From positions 1-35,785 of the forward strand of contig JAVHNW010000280.1 of the NCBI GenBank assembly GCA_036169755.1: a DNA stretch of 35,785 nucleotides. The letters run 5' to 3'. The number at the start of each line of letters is the position of its first letter. Position 1 is the first letter of the stretch. The notes under the pieces were generated by a model, which had not been told where the DNA came from, ran no database searches, and worked only from the letters and a program-made list of their open reading frames with translations. This DNA is from a bacterium (lineage in GTDB: Bacteria > Chloroflexota > Anaerolineae > Anaerolineales > Villigracilaceae). Positions 15,603 to 25,510 of this stretch are shown piece after piece. A program made the position numbers and the translations under genes.

Positions 15603-17536
15603 GTATCCCCTCCACCAGATTGGGAGCGGCAACCCGCCGCAGCCTTCGCTCCACTCCACCGCGCCGCCATGAAGATGAAAGCGGTATGATTTTGGCGCAG
15701 CTCGGCGCTGCCGCGCTCGGCGGGCTGACGCTTTTCCTGGCCGTCATGTTCGCGCTTTCACTCGGCTATCGCGCCAGCTACGCAGGCCGAATATTTCCCG
15801 GTGTGTCGGTGGCCGGGGTTGATTTGGCCGGAAAACGCGCCGACGAAGCCGCCATCGCGCTTTCCAACCGGCTTTCCTACCCTTACAGCGGAAAAATCGT
15901 GCTGCGCGATGGGGAGCGGCTGTGGGTGACCACCCCGGCCCAGGTCGGGCTGGCGCTCGACACAACGGCCAGCGCCCAGGCCGCCTTCGCCTACGGGCGC
16001 AGCGCCAATCTTTTTACCAGCCTGGCAGAACAATTCAATGCCGCCAATCGCGGCGTCAACCTTTCACCGGTCAGTATTTTTGACCAGCGCGCGGCGCAAA
16101 TCTACCTGCAAAAATTGGCCGCCGAAATTGACCAGCCTCTGCGTGAAGCCAGCCTGAGCGTCAATACCGGGCTGGAAATCAGCGCCGTTCCGGGGCAGGC
16201 GGGCCGCGCGCTCAACGTGGAGGCGACCCTGGTGCTGCTCGGCGCCCAATTTCAGGCCTTCCGCGATGGCGAAGTGCGCCTGGTCGTGGTGGAGCAGGCC
16301 CCCACCCTGCTCAATATTCAACCCCAGGTGGAACAGGCGCGCGCCCTGCTGACAGCGCCTTTCGCGCTCAATCTGCCCGGCGCGCAGCAGGGCGACCCCG
16401 GCCCCTGGCTGATTGCTCCGCAGGAACTGGCGCCGATGCTGCGGGTGGGAAAAAACGTCAGCGAAACAGGAGTCAGCCCCCGGCTAGAAGTGGATGCGGC
16501 GCAAATCGAATCTCGTCTACGCGAAATCAGCCAGGCCGTCAATCGCGCTCAGGAAAACGCCCGTTTCACCTTTGATGACGCCAGCGGCCAATTGCAGCTT
16601 CTCCAACCTGCCAAAGTTGGCCGCGAACTAGAGCGCGAGGCCACGCTGGAAGCCATCAACCTGACGATTTCACAGGGCCTGCCCGCCGCCGATTTGCAAC
16701 TGACTCTGACACAGCCACAAGTGAGCGACAGCGCCAGCGGAGCAGAATTGGGCATTACCCAAAATGTTTCCAGCTACACTTCTTATTTTCGCGGCTCCAG
16801 CGCGGCGCGCATGAACAACATCGAAACCGCCGCCTCGCGCTTCCACGGCCTGCTGGTAGCGCCCGGCGAAACATTTTCGATGGGCCAGGCGCTCGGCGAT
16901 GTGAGCCTGGACAGCGGCTTTAGCGAGGCGCTGATTATTTACGGCGGGCGCACCATCAAAGGCGTTGGCGGCGGCGTCTGCCAGGTCAGCACCACACTTT
17001 TCCGCGCCGTATTTTTCGGCGGATTTCCGGTGGTGGAACGCTACGCGCATGCCTACCGCGTCTCTTACTATGAACAAAATGCGAGCGGCATTGACCCAAA
17101 CCTGGCCGGGCTGGACGCCACCGTCTACTTTCCACTGGTGGATTTCAAATTTACCAATGACAGCCCCTACTGGATGTTGATGGAAACCTACTTCAGCGCC
17201 AAGAATCAAAGCCTCACCTGGAAGTTATATTCCACCAGCGATGGGCGCAGCGTGCAATGGCAAACCACCGGCCTGCAAAACGTGACTGCCGCGCCGCCGC
17301 CCGAACTACAGTTCAACCCCGATGCCGGCGAAGGCGCCTTCCGCCAGGTGGATTGGGCCGCTGAAGGCGCAGACATCACCGTCAACGTCACCGTGCTCAA
17401 GGGCGACAAAATCTATTTTATGGATAAATTCGTCACCCACTACCAACCCTGGCGCGCCGTCTGCGAATACGGCCCCGGCGTAGACGACCCGCAAAAAATC
17501 GCCAAACGCAAAAATCTCTGCTGGGTGAAACAGTAA
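15599..17536 (+). CDS. VanW family protein with N-terminal membrane anchor
   Basis: 645 aa. Its start overlaps the upstream stop (ATGA). TM segment near aa 30-55. VanW core GGGVCQVSTTLFRAVFFGGFPVVERYAHAY. Confidence 0.85.
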   Translation: MSIPSTRLGAATRRSLRSTPPRRHEDESGMILAQLGAAALGGLTLFLAVMFALSLGYRASYAGRIFPGVSVAGVDLAGKRADEAAIALSNRLSYPYSGKIVLRDGERLWVTTPAQVGLALDTTASAQAAFAYGRSANLFTSLAEQFNAANRGVNLSPVSIFDQRAAQIYLQKLAAEIDQPLREASLSVNTGLEISAVPGQAGRALNVEATLVLLGAQFQAFRDGEVRLVVVEQAPTLLNIQPQVEQARALLTAPFALNLPGAQQGDPGPWLIAPQELAPMLRVGKNVSETGVSPRLEVDAAQIESRLREISQAVNRAQENARFTFDDASGQLQLLQPAKVGRELEREATLEAINLTISQGLPAADLQLTLTQPQVSDSASGAELGITQNVSSYTSYFRGSSAARMNNIETAASRFHGLLVAPGETFSMGQALGDVSLDSGFSEALIIYGGRTIKGVGGGVCQVSTTLFRAVFFGGFPVVERYAHAYRVSYYEQNASGIDPNLAGLDATVYFPLVDFKFTNDSPYWMLMETYFSAKNQSLTWKLYSTSDGRSVQWQTTGLQNVTAAPPPELQFNPDAGEGAFRQVDWAAEGADITVNVTVLKGDKIYFMDKFVTHYQPWRAVCEYGPGVDDPQKIAKRKNLCWVKQ

Positions 17537-17547
17537 AAAAGACCCTA

Positions 17548-17556
17548 TGGTAGAAT
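17548..17556 (+). promoter_or_regulatory. Extended -10 TGgTAGAAT upstream of the Trm112-like gene
   Basis: TATGGTAGAAT lies about 37 nt upstream of ATG 17593, which has SD AAGGAGA. Confidence 0.4.
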
Positions 17557-17592
17557 CAGCCGGTCAACTAACCGACAACAAGGAGAACTTTC

Positions 17593-17808
17593 ATGGTCAA
17601 TACTGATTTACTCGAAATTTTGCGCTGCCCGGCCTGCGTCAAAGAAAAACCCGGCCTGCTGACACTAACCCGCGAAACCTGGCTGGTTTGCCAGGACTGC
17701 GGTCGCAAATATCCCATCAAAGACGAAATTCCCGTCATGCTGATTGACGAAGGCGACAAATGGCGCGAAACCGAAGTCGCCGCCCTACCCGTTCCACCCC
17801 AGGCATGA
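17593..17808 (+). CDS. Trm112/UPF0434 family zinc-ribbon protein
   Basis: 71 aa. LLEILRCPAC....L.C..CGRKYPIKDEIPVMLIDEG is the family signature. Confidence 0.82.
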   Translation: MVNTDLLEILRCPACVKEKPGLLTLTRETWLVCQDCGRKYPIKDEIPVMLIDEGDKWRETEVAALPVPPQA

Positions 17809-18383
17809 GCCTGAGCGAACTACTGGGCGACCTGACCAGCGCCGATGACCTGCGCGCCGAACAAGCCGCCCATCAGCTGCCGAAACACGGCCAGGCAGCG
17901 CTCAATGCCCTGCAAAATCTACTGCAAAATGGGGCAGACGATTCCCGCTGGTGGGCAGCGCGCGCGCTGGCAGAATTTCCAGCCGAAAAAGAAATCAGCC
18001 TGAGCCTGCTCGCCGCGCTGGAAGACGAATCGGACGAAGTGCGCCAGGCTGCCGCGCTGGGTCTCTGCCAACATCCCTCGGCTGAAGCCGTTGACCCGCT
18101 CAACCGGGCGCTCGCCAGCCGCGAACCGATGATCGCCAAACTGGCCGGAAACGCCCTGAGACAGATCGGCCCCACAGCCGTCCCCGCCCTGCTGACAACC
18201 CTCGCAAGCGGAACCCCCGCCGCGCAGATTGAAGCCTGCCGCGCCCTGGCCGAAATTGGCGACCAGCGCGCCATCCCCGCGTTAATGAAAGCCTTTCAAA
18301 GCAACTCTGCGCTCTTGCACTATTGGGCCGAACACGGCCTGGAGAAACTTGGGCTAAATATGATTTTCATGAAGCCCGAATAA
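17805..18383 (+). CDS. HEAT-repeat (PBS-lyase-like) protein
   Basis: ATG 17805 overlaps the Trm112 stop (ATGA). Repeated ..R..AA.ALG..G...AVP.L...L motifs. Confidence 0.78.
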   Translation: MSLSELLGDLTSADDLRAEQAAHQLPKHGQAALNALQNLLQNGADDSRWWAARALAEFPAEKEISLSLLAALEDESDEVRQAAALGLCQHPSAEAVDPLNRALASREPMIAKLAGNALRQIGPTAVPALLTTLASGTPAAQIEACRALAEIGDQRAIPALMKAFQSNSALLHYWAEHGLEKLGLNMIFMKPE

Positions 18384-18391
18384 ACTACCCT

Positions 18392-19840
18392 ATGGAAACC
18401 TTCAAAACTTTTTTCAAAAACATTTCTGCCCGCCAATGGATTTTCGGCGCGGTGACAGGTATCGTCTTGCTCGGCAGCCTGTTCGGCGTCCGCGCACTGA
18501 CGCTTTCATGGTGTCTGACGCCGCTGCCAGGAACCGCCGTCAGCGCTTGCGGCGGAAGCGCGGCGCCCCTACCCGGCGCCGAAGCGACCGCTGTCAGCGG
18601 GCAAGTCGCGCCACCGGCGGCCCCCACCCCGGCGCCCATCGCCCCGCAGGTGGAACTGCCTCCCGCCTGGGACGGCGCCAGCCGCATCAATATTCTCGTG
18701 CTCGGCCTGGATTATCTCGACTCAGTCGCCGACCGTCAGGGCCCTTCGCGCTCCGACACGATGGTGGTGCTGACCATTGACCCGCAAAGCAAAACCGCCG
18801 GGATGATTTCGGTGCCGCGCGACCTGTGGGTAAATATTCCCGGCTTCGACTACGCTAAATTAAATATGGCCTACTACTACGGCGAGGCCAACAAAATGCC
18901 CGGCGGCGGCCCGGCGCTGGCAGCCAAAACTATTGAGCGCGTTCTTGGGATTCCGATTCATTACTACGCCAAAGTAGATTTTATAACCTTCGTCTATCTG
19001 GTGGATCAGATTGGCGGAGTTGATGTTTATGTCGAAAAGAAAATCAAAATTGACCCGCTCGGCCCCGGCGCAGACGATGTGGTTTTGCCAGTCGGGCTTA
19101 AGCATTTGGACGGGATGAAGGCCCTGGCTTACGCCCGCCAACGTTACACGCAAGATGGTGACGTAGACCGCGCCCGCCGCACTCAGCAGGTCATTCTCGC
19201 CATCCGCGATAAAGTCATGGACCCGGCAACTTTTTCCACGCTCATCAGCCGCGCGCCTGAAATTTATCAGACGGTGCAAAGCGGCATCAGCACCAATATG
19301 CCGCTGGAAGATGCGCTTAAAATGGCGGTGCTCCTGCGCGACATTCCCACCGAAAACATCAAACGCGGCGTGATTGATTACAGCATGGTCATTTTGGACA
19401 ACGTGACCCTGAACGGCGCAAACGCCAGCATCGTCAAACCCATCCCCGACAAAATCCGCGAACTGCGTGATGAAATTTTCACCAGCGGCGGGCCTGTCGG
19501 CCCGGCGGCAGTTGGCACAGACAGCGCCGACTTGATGCGTCAGGAAGGCGCCAGCGTCATCATCTACAACGGAACCTACACGCAAGGATTGGCCCTGGTC
19601 ACCGCGGATTACTTGAAAAGCCTGGGCGTCAATGTCGTCAGCGCCGACAATGCCACCGAGTTTCCCGGCGTCACCAAAGTAATTGATCATCGCGGCAAAC
19701 CCTACGCCTTGCGCTTTTTCAAAGAACTGTTCGGGATTAACAGTGGGGCGCAAATCGTTTCACAGTACGACCCCGCTGCCCCGGCAGATATTGAAATTAT
19801 CCTGGGCGATGACTGGGCGCTGAATAATCCGATGCCGTAA
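18392..19840 (+). CDS. LCP (LytR-CpsA-Psr) family glycopolymer ligase with C-terminal LytR_C domain
   Basis: ATG 18392 is 8 nt after the HEAT gene stop. N-terminal TM. INILVLGLD...RSDTMVVLTIDP..K.AGMISVPRDLWV. The C-terminus has ASVIIYNGT..GLA......L...G. Confidence 0.88.
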   Translation: METFKTFFKNISARQWIFGAVTGIVLLGSLFGVRALTLSWCLTPLPGTAVSACGGSAAPLPGAEATAVSGQVAPPAAPTPAPIAPQVELPPAWDGASRINILVLGLDYLDSVADRQGPSRSDTMVVLTIDPQSKTAGMISVPRDLWVNIPGFDYAKLNMAYYYGEANKMPGGGPALAAKTIERVLGIPIHYYAKVDFITFVYLVDQIGGVDVYVEKKIKIDPLGPGADDVVLPVGLKHLDGMKALAYARQRYTQDGDVDRARRTQQVILAIRDKVMDPATFSTLISRAPEIYQTVQSGISTNMPLEDALKMAVLLRDIPTENIKRGVIDYSMVILDNVTLNGANASIVKPIPDKIRELRDEIFTSGGPVGPAAVGTDSADLMRQEGASVIIYNGTYTQGLALVTADYLKSLGVNVVSADNATEFPGVTKVIDHRGKPYALRFFKELFGINSGAQIVSQYDPAAPADIEIILGDDWALNNPMP

Positions 19841-19858
19841 AAAATTCACGCCACCGAA

Positions 19859-19897
19859 AGCGGGCGCCGCGTGAAAAAAACTGGCGCGGCGCCCGCT
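19859..19897 (+). terminator. 13-bp perfect GC-rich hairpin after the LCP gene (weak or no U-tract)
   Basis: AGCGGGCGCCGCG, a 13-nt loop, then CGCGGCGCCCGCT. All 13 base pairs were verified. Confidence 0.5.
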
Positions 19898-19927
19898 CGT
19901 TATCGGCATTTGCTCTTCAAAAAAATC

Positions 19928-20818
19928 ATGCCAACGAAATTTTTCACCTATCTCGAAGCCCTGTTTGCCGTCAGCGTGTGGGGCGGAACCTTCATCGCCA
20001 CCAAATTTGCCCTGCGCGAAGCCTCGCCAGCCACCATCGTTTGGCTGCGTTTCGGGTTGGGCGTCATCATTTTGGGGCTGGCAGTGGCGCTGCGCAAACA
20101 GTTCGCCTGGCCCAAACAGCGCGAATGGGGCTATTTTGCCCTGCTCGGTTTTTTGGGCGTCACCTTTCATCAGTGGCTGCAGGCAACCGGCTTGCAAAGT
20201 GCTGCCGCCACCACCACCGCCTGGATCGTCGCCACCATTCCGGTTTTTACAGCGCTGCTGGGCTGGCTGTTTCTGCGCGAAGAAATGGGCTGGCGGCGCG
20301 TGGGCGGAATTGCACTGGCCGCCCTGGGCGTGCTGCTCATCGTCACTCACGGCAACCTTGCCAGCCTGACCAGCGGTACTTTCGGCGCGCCCGGCGATTT
20401 TCTCATTCTCATCAGCGCGGTCAACTGGGCGGTTTTTTCGGTGCTTTCACGCAGTGGATTAAAAATCCACCCGGCGGCGCGCATGATGTTTTACGTCATG
20501 TTTTTCGGGTGGATTTTTTCGATTATCTGGCTGTTCGGCTTCGGCCCAGGGCTGAGCGAGCTTTCCTCGCTGACGCTTACCGGCTGGACCAGCCTGCTGG
20601 TATTGGGAATTTTCGGCTCAGGGCTGGCGTACATCGCCTGGTATGACGCCCTGCAGGCGATTCCGGCCTCGCAGCTGGGAGTTTTTATCTACATTGAGCC
20701 GCTGGTGACGCTGGTAGTGGCAGCCCTGCTGCTGAATGAAGCCATCAGCCTGATTTCGCTGCTGGGCGGCGCGCTGACTTTGGCCGGGGTGACTCTCGTC
20801 AATTGGAAGAAGAATTAA
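19928..20818 (+). CDS. EamA/DMT-superfamily transporter
   Basis: About 10 TM helices with two EamA-like halves. I chose ATG 19928 because the 19871 GTG lies inside the upstream hairpin. Confidence 0.85.
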   Translation: MPTKFFTYLEALFAVSVWGGTFIATKFALREASPATIVWLRFGLGVIILGLAVALRKQFAWPKQREWGYFALLGFLGVTFHQWLQATGLQSAAATTTAWIVATIPVFTALLGWLFLREEMGWRRVGGIALAALGVLLIVTHGNLASLTSGTFGAPGDFLILISAVNWAVFSVLSRSGLKIHPAARMMFYVMFFGWIFSIIWLFGFGPGLSELSSLTLTGWTSLLVLGIFGSGLAYIAWYDALQAIPASQLGVFIYIEPLVTLVVAALLLNEAISLISLLGGALTLAGVTLVNWKKN

Positions 20819-21033
20819 TCAGCGGCGGCGCCCGAGGTTTGTTTTTCTTCTTCGGGCAGGGCGGCCAGCACAATCAGTGGGCCGTAGGGGCTGTCCGTTG
20901 TTTTGTGAGTCCCATCGCAAAAGGGCAAACTTCCCGATTTCATGCAGCGACAAAGTTTTACACGCTCGCCTGGGGCGAGGGTTACATTTGTGCGCAGGCG
21001 TCCGTTGTGTTCCTCGTCTGTAAATGTGGGCAT
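20815..21033 (-). CDS. CDGSH iron-sulfur domain protein (mitoNEET-like, single motif)
   Basis: CRCMKSGSLPFCDGTH fits C-X-C-X2-S-X3-P-X-C-D-G-T-H exactly. ATG at 21033 is 1 nt after the UbiA-family stop. Confidence 0.85.
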   Translation of the reverse strand: MPTFTDEEHNGRLRTNVTLAPGERVKLCRCMKSGSLPFCDGTHKTTDSPYGPLIVLAALPEEEKQTSGAAAD

Positions 21034-21034
21034 G

Positions 21035-22171
21035 TCAGGCCGCCTTTTTGGCTTTCTCGCGCGCCATTTGAATTCCGGCAATCACCAGGCCGACGAGCAG
21101 CGCCGCTGCGCCCAGGCCGTTGATTCCGCCGGGAAAGTTGAGCGGGATTTTGCGAAAGAGCGTGTCGAGCAAAATTCCCAGCACGAACATTCCGCCAAAC
21201 ATGCGATTGTGGTAGAAGGCGAAGCCGCTGAACCAGGTCGGCCAGAAGGTTTCAAATCCGGCGGGCGGGCCTTCGGGGCGGGGCTTGAGCAAAACTGCCA
21301 GCGCGAAAAATGCCCGCTTGACGGCGAATAAAATCAGCAGCATGAATACCGAAAAATAGCCAATCGCCACCAGGTAGACGACCACCGCATAGGCGAAGAA
21401 AATAGTCGCCATGGTGGTGTAACGCGCCACCGTCTGCCCTACGCGCACCGGGAAGGTGCCGACCCCTTTTTTCTTGTCGTCATTGAGTTTATCGGTGTGC
21501 TTGGCAACATTGATGCTGGCAACGCTCAGGCCAAAGGGAACGCCCGCCAGGGCCACTTTCCACAAATCTACGGGGATGGGGCTGCCTTTGCCGAGAGTCA
21601 GCACCAGGTAAACCCCGGCAATCATGATCGGGCCCCAAATGACAAAAATCGCCAGTTCGCCGAGCGCCCAATATTTCATCGGCCAGGTATAAAAAAGCAG
21701 CACCAGCGAGCCGAAAGCGAACAGGCCAATGATGTACGGGTTGGCGCCGGTGTAAAAAACCGCAAAAATGCCGGTAAGAAAGGCAATTACGCCGCTGACC
21801 AGAAACCATTGAATTTGCTGTGATTTCGTCCAAAAACCCTGTACCAGCGGATGAACGCCGTACTGCGTGCGAAAATAATTATCTTTGTCTATTCCGCGCG
21901 AAAAATCGGTGTAATCGTTGAGCAGGTTGTTGGTGCCGTGGGCAACAAACAGCCCCAGCGTCACAATCAGCCACGGCCAGAAGGAAAACTGTCCATCACG
22001 CCAGGCCAACATGCCACCGATAATGGACGAGTAAATGGTAACCGCCGTCACCGCGGAGCGGGTGGCAATCAGCCACTTGGAAATCACATCAAGCGCATCC
22101 CATTCGTGCTTGTTTTCCATCTTGATGAGTTCCCATGAAGCCTTTCGCCACATGGCAAAGTTAATTTTCAT
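21035..22171 (-). CDS. UbiA-family (MenA-like) aromatic prenyltransferase
   Basis: 378 aa, polytopic. First Asp-rich motif NNLLNDYTDFSRGIDKD. Second motif HTDKLNDDKKKGVGT. SD AAGGAG upstream of ATG 22171. Confidence 0.85.
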   Translation of the reverse strand: MKINFAMWRKASWELIKMENKHEWDALDVISKWLIATRSAVTAVTIYSSIIGGMLAWRDGQFSFWPWLIVTLGLFVAHGTNNLLNDYTDFSRGIDKDNYFRTQYGVHPLVQGFWTKSQQIQWFLVSGVIAFLTGIFAVFYTGANPYIIGLFAFGSLVLLFYTWPMKYWALGELAIFVIWGPIMIAGVYLVLTLGKGSPIPVDLWKVALAGVPFGLSVASINVAKHTDKLNDDKKKGVGTFPVRVGQTVARYTTMATIFFAYAVVVYLVAIGYFSVFMLLILFAVKRAFFALAVLLKPRPEGPPAGFETFWPTWFSGFAFYHNRMFGGMFVLGILLDTLFRKIPLNFPGGINGLGAAALLVGLVIAGIQMAREKAKKAA

Positions 22172-22276
22172 CGTCTCTCCTTTTTGAATGAACGGAAAAC
22201 ATTATACAATATCGTCTGTGAAATAGAGTACTTTTGTCCGAAAATTTTTCCAAAAAATTAATACGGAGGAATACAA

Positions 22277-23152
22277 ATGACAGGAAAAAAACGGCTGTTC
22301 TGGCTCTTTCCTGCGCTGATTGGCCTCTGCCTGGCGGGCGGCTGGTGGACGTACTCATCGGGGCGCCCCGCCCGACAAGAAATGCGCGAGGCGCTTTACC
22401 CATGCGTGGTCTACTACCGCCGCATTCACAACACGCCGCGCCTGCTGGTGGCGCACATCGTCACCGTGGATTTGACTTGCGACAACGTGAGCGCATTCAT
22501 CACTCCGCCCGACCGCAAAAACCGCGAGGCAGAGTTTCCGCTCGACGCGCGCACGACTTCACAATTTGCGCGCGAATTTGGCGTACAAATCGCCATCAAC
22601 GGCGATGGATTCACCCCGTGGTGGAGCAGCTCACCCTGGGATTATTATCCACACAGCGGCGACCCGGTCAAATCCAACGGCTTTGCCGCCTCGGCGCAGA
22701 AACAATACGGCGCAGAAAACGGCCAGATTCCGACTCTCTACATCAACCGGCAGGGATTGGCGACCTTTGGAAAGCCTCAACGAGGCGTTTACAACGCCAT
22801 TTCGGGCAGTACCTGGCTGGTAAAAAATCGGCTGGTGGAGGAAAACCTGGCCGATGGCGAAGTCGCCCCGCGAACGGCGGTCGGCCTGGACGGCCCCGGC
22901 AAACGCCTGATTCTGATTGTGGTGGACGGTCGTCAGCCTCTTTACAGCGCTGGCGCAACCATCGCCGAATTGGCCGAGTTGATGCTTTTTTACGGCGGCG
23001 ATAATGCCATGCTGTTGGATGGCGGCGGTTCATCCACCCTGGTAATTGACTGGCCCGAAAAAGGTCTACGAGTGATGAATTCACCCGTAGACCTTTACAT
23101 TCCTGGCCGTGAGCGCCCGGTGGCGAATCACCTGGGCATTTACGTCCGCTGA
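22277..23152 (+). CDS. Phosphodiester glycosidase (DUF2233/NAGPA-like) family protein with N-terminal anchor
   Basis: SD GGAGG. TM segment [18 protein letters not shown]. Motifs [31 protein letters not shown] and [12 protein letters not shown]. Confidence 0.8.
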   Translation: MTGKKRLFWLFPALIGLCLAGGWWTYSSGRPARQEMREALYPCVVYYRRIHNTPRLLVAHIVTVDLTCDNVSAFITPPDRKNREAEFPLDARTTSQFAREFGVQIAINGDGFTPWWSSSPWDYYPHSGDPVKSNGFAASAQKQYGAENGQIPTLYINRQGLATFGKPQRGVYNAISGSTWLVKNRLVEENLADGEVAPRTAVGLDGPGKRLILIVVDGRQPLYSAGATIAELAELMLFYGGDNAMLLDGGGSSTLVIDWPEKGLRVMNSPVDLYIPGRERPVANHLGIYVR

Positions 23153-24325
23153 TTATTTGTTGTTGAGCGCGGCCACGCCGGGGAGTTCCTTGCCTTCCAA
23201 AAATTCCAGGCTGGCGCCGCCGCCGGTGGAGACGTGCGTCATCTGTTTGGCAAAGCCCGCTTTTTTGACGGCGCTGGCGCTGTCGCCACCGCCGATGACG
23301 GTAGTGGCGCCGCTTTCTGCCAGCATTTTTGCCAGGGCAAAGGTTCCTTCGGCAAATTTTGGCATTTCAAAAACGCCCACCGGGCCGTTCCAAACAATCA
23401 GTTTGGCGCCCGCCAGGGTTTGGCGATACAGTTCCAGCGTGCGCGGGCCGACATCCAGCATCCGCCAGCCAGCGGGGATTTTCTCCACAGCCACGACCTG
23501 AGTCTGGGCCTCGGCGTCAAATTTATCGGCGATGACGGCATCCACCGGCAGGACGAGTTTCGCTTCCGCCTTTTTCAAGATGGATTGGGCCAATTCAACC
23601 GAGACGGCTTCGACCAGGCTGTCTTGCATGTTCAGCCCCTTGGCCGCCAGGAAAGTGTTCGCCATGCCGCCGCCGATGATGAGTTTGTCACATTTGGCGA
23701 GCAAGGTTTCGACAACGAGAATCTTGTCGCTGATTTTTGCGCCACCCAAAATGGCGATGTAGGGATGTTCGGGGTTGGCTACGGCGCGCCCCAGGTATTC
23801 CAGTTCCTGTTCCATCAAAAAGCCGGAGACGGCGGGCAGGAAGCGGGCAATCCCTTCGGTGGAGGCGTGCGCGCGGTGCGCCGAGCCAAAGGCGTCATTG
23901 ACGTAGATATCCGCCAGGGCCGCCATTTGTTTTGCCAGTTGGGGGTCGTTTTTTTCTTCGCCCGCGTGGAAGCGGGTATTTTCCAGCATCAGCACCTGGC
24001 CGGGGCGCAGGTCTTTCGCCATTTTTTCGACTTCGGCGCCAACACAGTCCGGCGCCATTTTGACGGGAAATCCCAAATACCCGGACAGGACTTCAGCGGC
24101 GGCTTTCAGGCTGAATTCGGGGTCAAAACCGGCTTTGGGGCGCCCCAGGTGGCTGGCAAGTAAAACAGAGGCGCCCTGTTCCAGTACGTATTTGATGGTC
24201 GGCAGGGCGGCTTTAATGCGTTTGTCATCGGTCACTTTGCCTGCAGCCATCGGCACATTAAAATCTACGCGCATAAAGACGCGTTTACCTTGCAAGTTGA
24301 TGTCCTTTACGGTCTTTTTATTCAT
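23153..24325 (-). CDS. pgk: Phosphoglycerate kinase
   Basis: 390 aa. RVDFNVP, SHLGRPKG-like [23 protein letters not shown] and GGGDSA motifs. Confidence 0.96.
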   Translation of the reverse strand: MNKKTVKDINLQGKRVFMRVDFNVPMAAGKVTDDKRIKAALPTIKYVLEQGASVLLASHLGRPKAGFDPEFSLKAAAEVLSGYLGFPVKMAPDCVGAEVEKMAKDLRPGQVLMLENTRFHAGEEKNDPQLAKQMAALADIYVNDAFGSAHRAHASTEGIARFLPAVSGFLMEQELEYLGRAVANPEHPYIAILGGAKISDKILVVETLLAKCDKLIIGGGMANTFLAAKGLNMQDSLVEAVSVELAQSILKKAEAKLVLPVDAVIADKFDAEAQTQVVAVEKIPAGWRMLDVGPRTLELYRQTLAGAKLIVWNGPVGVFEMPKFAEGTFALAKMLAESGATTVIGGGDSASAVKKAGFAKQMTHVSTGGGASLEFLEGKELPGVAALNNK

Positions 24326-24357
24326 CCTTTTGCGCTCCTATTCGTAAACGGGGGGAA

Positions 24358-24416
24358 GGAGGCCGGGAAACAAGGAAACAGGTACTGACCTGCCTGTTTT
24401 CCTGTTTCCGGCCTCC
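24358..24416 (-). other. Long imperfect intercistronic stem-loop between gap and pgk
   Basis: GGAGGCCGGGAAACAAGGAAACAGG...CCTGTTTTCCTGTTTCCGGCCTCC. About 24 bp with one bulge and two mismatches. No U-tract on the transcribed (minus) strand. Confidence 0.6.
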
Positions 24417-24423
24417 CCGTCAA

Positions 24424-25482
24424 CTACAGGCTCTTCGCCATCAGCGCGGCCAGGTCAGCAGTGCGGCAGGAATAGCCCCATTCATTATCGTACCAGGTGA
24501 CAACTTTGACGAAATTGCTCTTTTCTTTGCCCAAAACCATGGTGAAGGGCAGGTCAATGGAGGAACTGTGCGGGTCACCCTTGTAATCAATGGAAACGAG
24601 AGGCTCGTCAATCGCCTGCAAAATGCCCTGGAAGCGAGGCTGTTTGGCGGCCTGGCGGAAGAGCTGGCGCAGTTCATCAGTGCTGATTTCAGATTCAGTC
24701 TCGGCAGTAAAATCAACAATCGAAACGGTGCTGGTCGGCACGCGCAAAGCGTACCCATCGAACTTGCCTTTCAGGTCGGGGATGACCAACGCCACAGCCT
24801 TGGCCGCGCCGGTAGTAGTCGGGATGATGCTCAGGGCGGCGGCGCGGGCGCGGCGCAGGTCAGAATGCGGCAAGTCGAGGATTTTCTGGTCGTTGGTGTA
24901 GGAATGGATGGTGGTCATGAACGCGCGTTTGATTTTCAGCGCATCGTGAACAACTTTGGCCGCCGGAGCCAGGCAGTTGGTGGTGCAGGAAGCATTGGAA
25001 ACAACATGGTGGCTGGCGGGGTCATATTTATCTTCATTGACGCCCAGCACAATGGTTAAATCTTCGCCTTCAGCGGGAGCCGAAATGATGACCTTTTTGG
25101 CGCCGCCTTTGGTAATGTGGTTTTCCGCGCCCTTGACGGCCTTGCCTTTTTTATTGACGCCGTCACGCTTGACGGTGAAAATGCCGGTCGACTCGATGAC
25201 GATATCCACACCCAGGGAGCCCCAGGGAATGTTGGCCGGGTCTGTTTCCTTGAAGGCTTTCACCTTTACCCCATCAATAATCAGGCCATCTTCTTCAAAT
25301 TCGACCACGCCGCCAAAACGGCCATAATTCGAGTCATATTTCAGCAGGTGCGCCATCGTTTTCATATCGCCAATATCGTTGAAAGCGACAACTTCCAATT
25401 CGTCAGCGTAGCGCTCGCGAATGGCCTTCAAAACCTGGCGCCCAATGCGCCCGAAACCATTGATACCAACTTTGACAGTCAT
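24424..25482 (-). CDS. gap: Type I glyceraldehyde-3-phosphate dehydrogenase
   Basis: 352 aa. INGFGRIGR, active site [12 protein letters not shown] and WYDNEWGYS. Strong SD GGAGG. Confidence 0.96.
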   Translation of the reverse strand: MTVKVGINGFGRIGRQVLKAIRERYADELEVVAFNDIGDMKTMAHLLKYDSNYGRFGGVVEFEEDGLIIDGVKVKAFKETDPANIPWGSLGVDIVIESTGIFTVKRDGVNKKGKAVKGAENHITKGGAKKVIISAPAEGEDLTIVLGVNEDKYDPASHHVVSNASCTTNCLAPAAKVVHDALKIKRAFMTTIHSYTNDQKILDLPHSDLRRARAAALSIIPTTTGAAKAVALVIPDLKGKFDGYALRVPTSTVSIVDFTAETESEISTDELRQLFRQAAKQPRFQGILQAIDEPLVSIDYKGDPHSSSIDLPFTMVLGKEKSNFVKVVTWYDNEWGYSCRTADLAALMAKSL

Positions 25483-25510
25483 TGTAAACCTCCTCAGGTT
25501 TTATTGTGAA

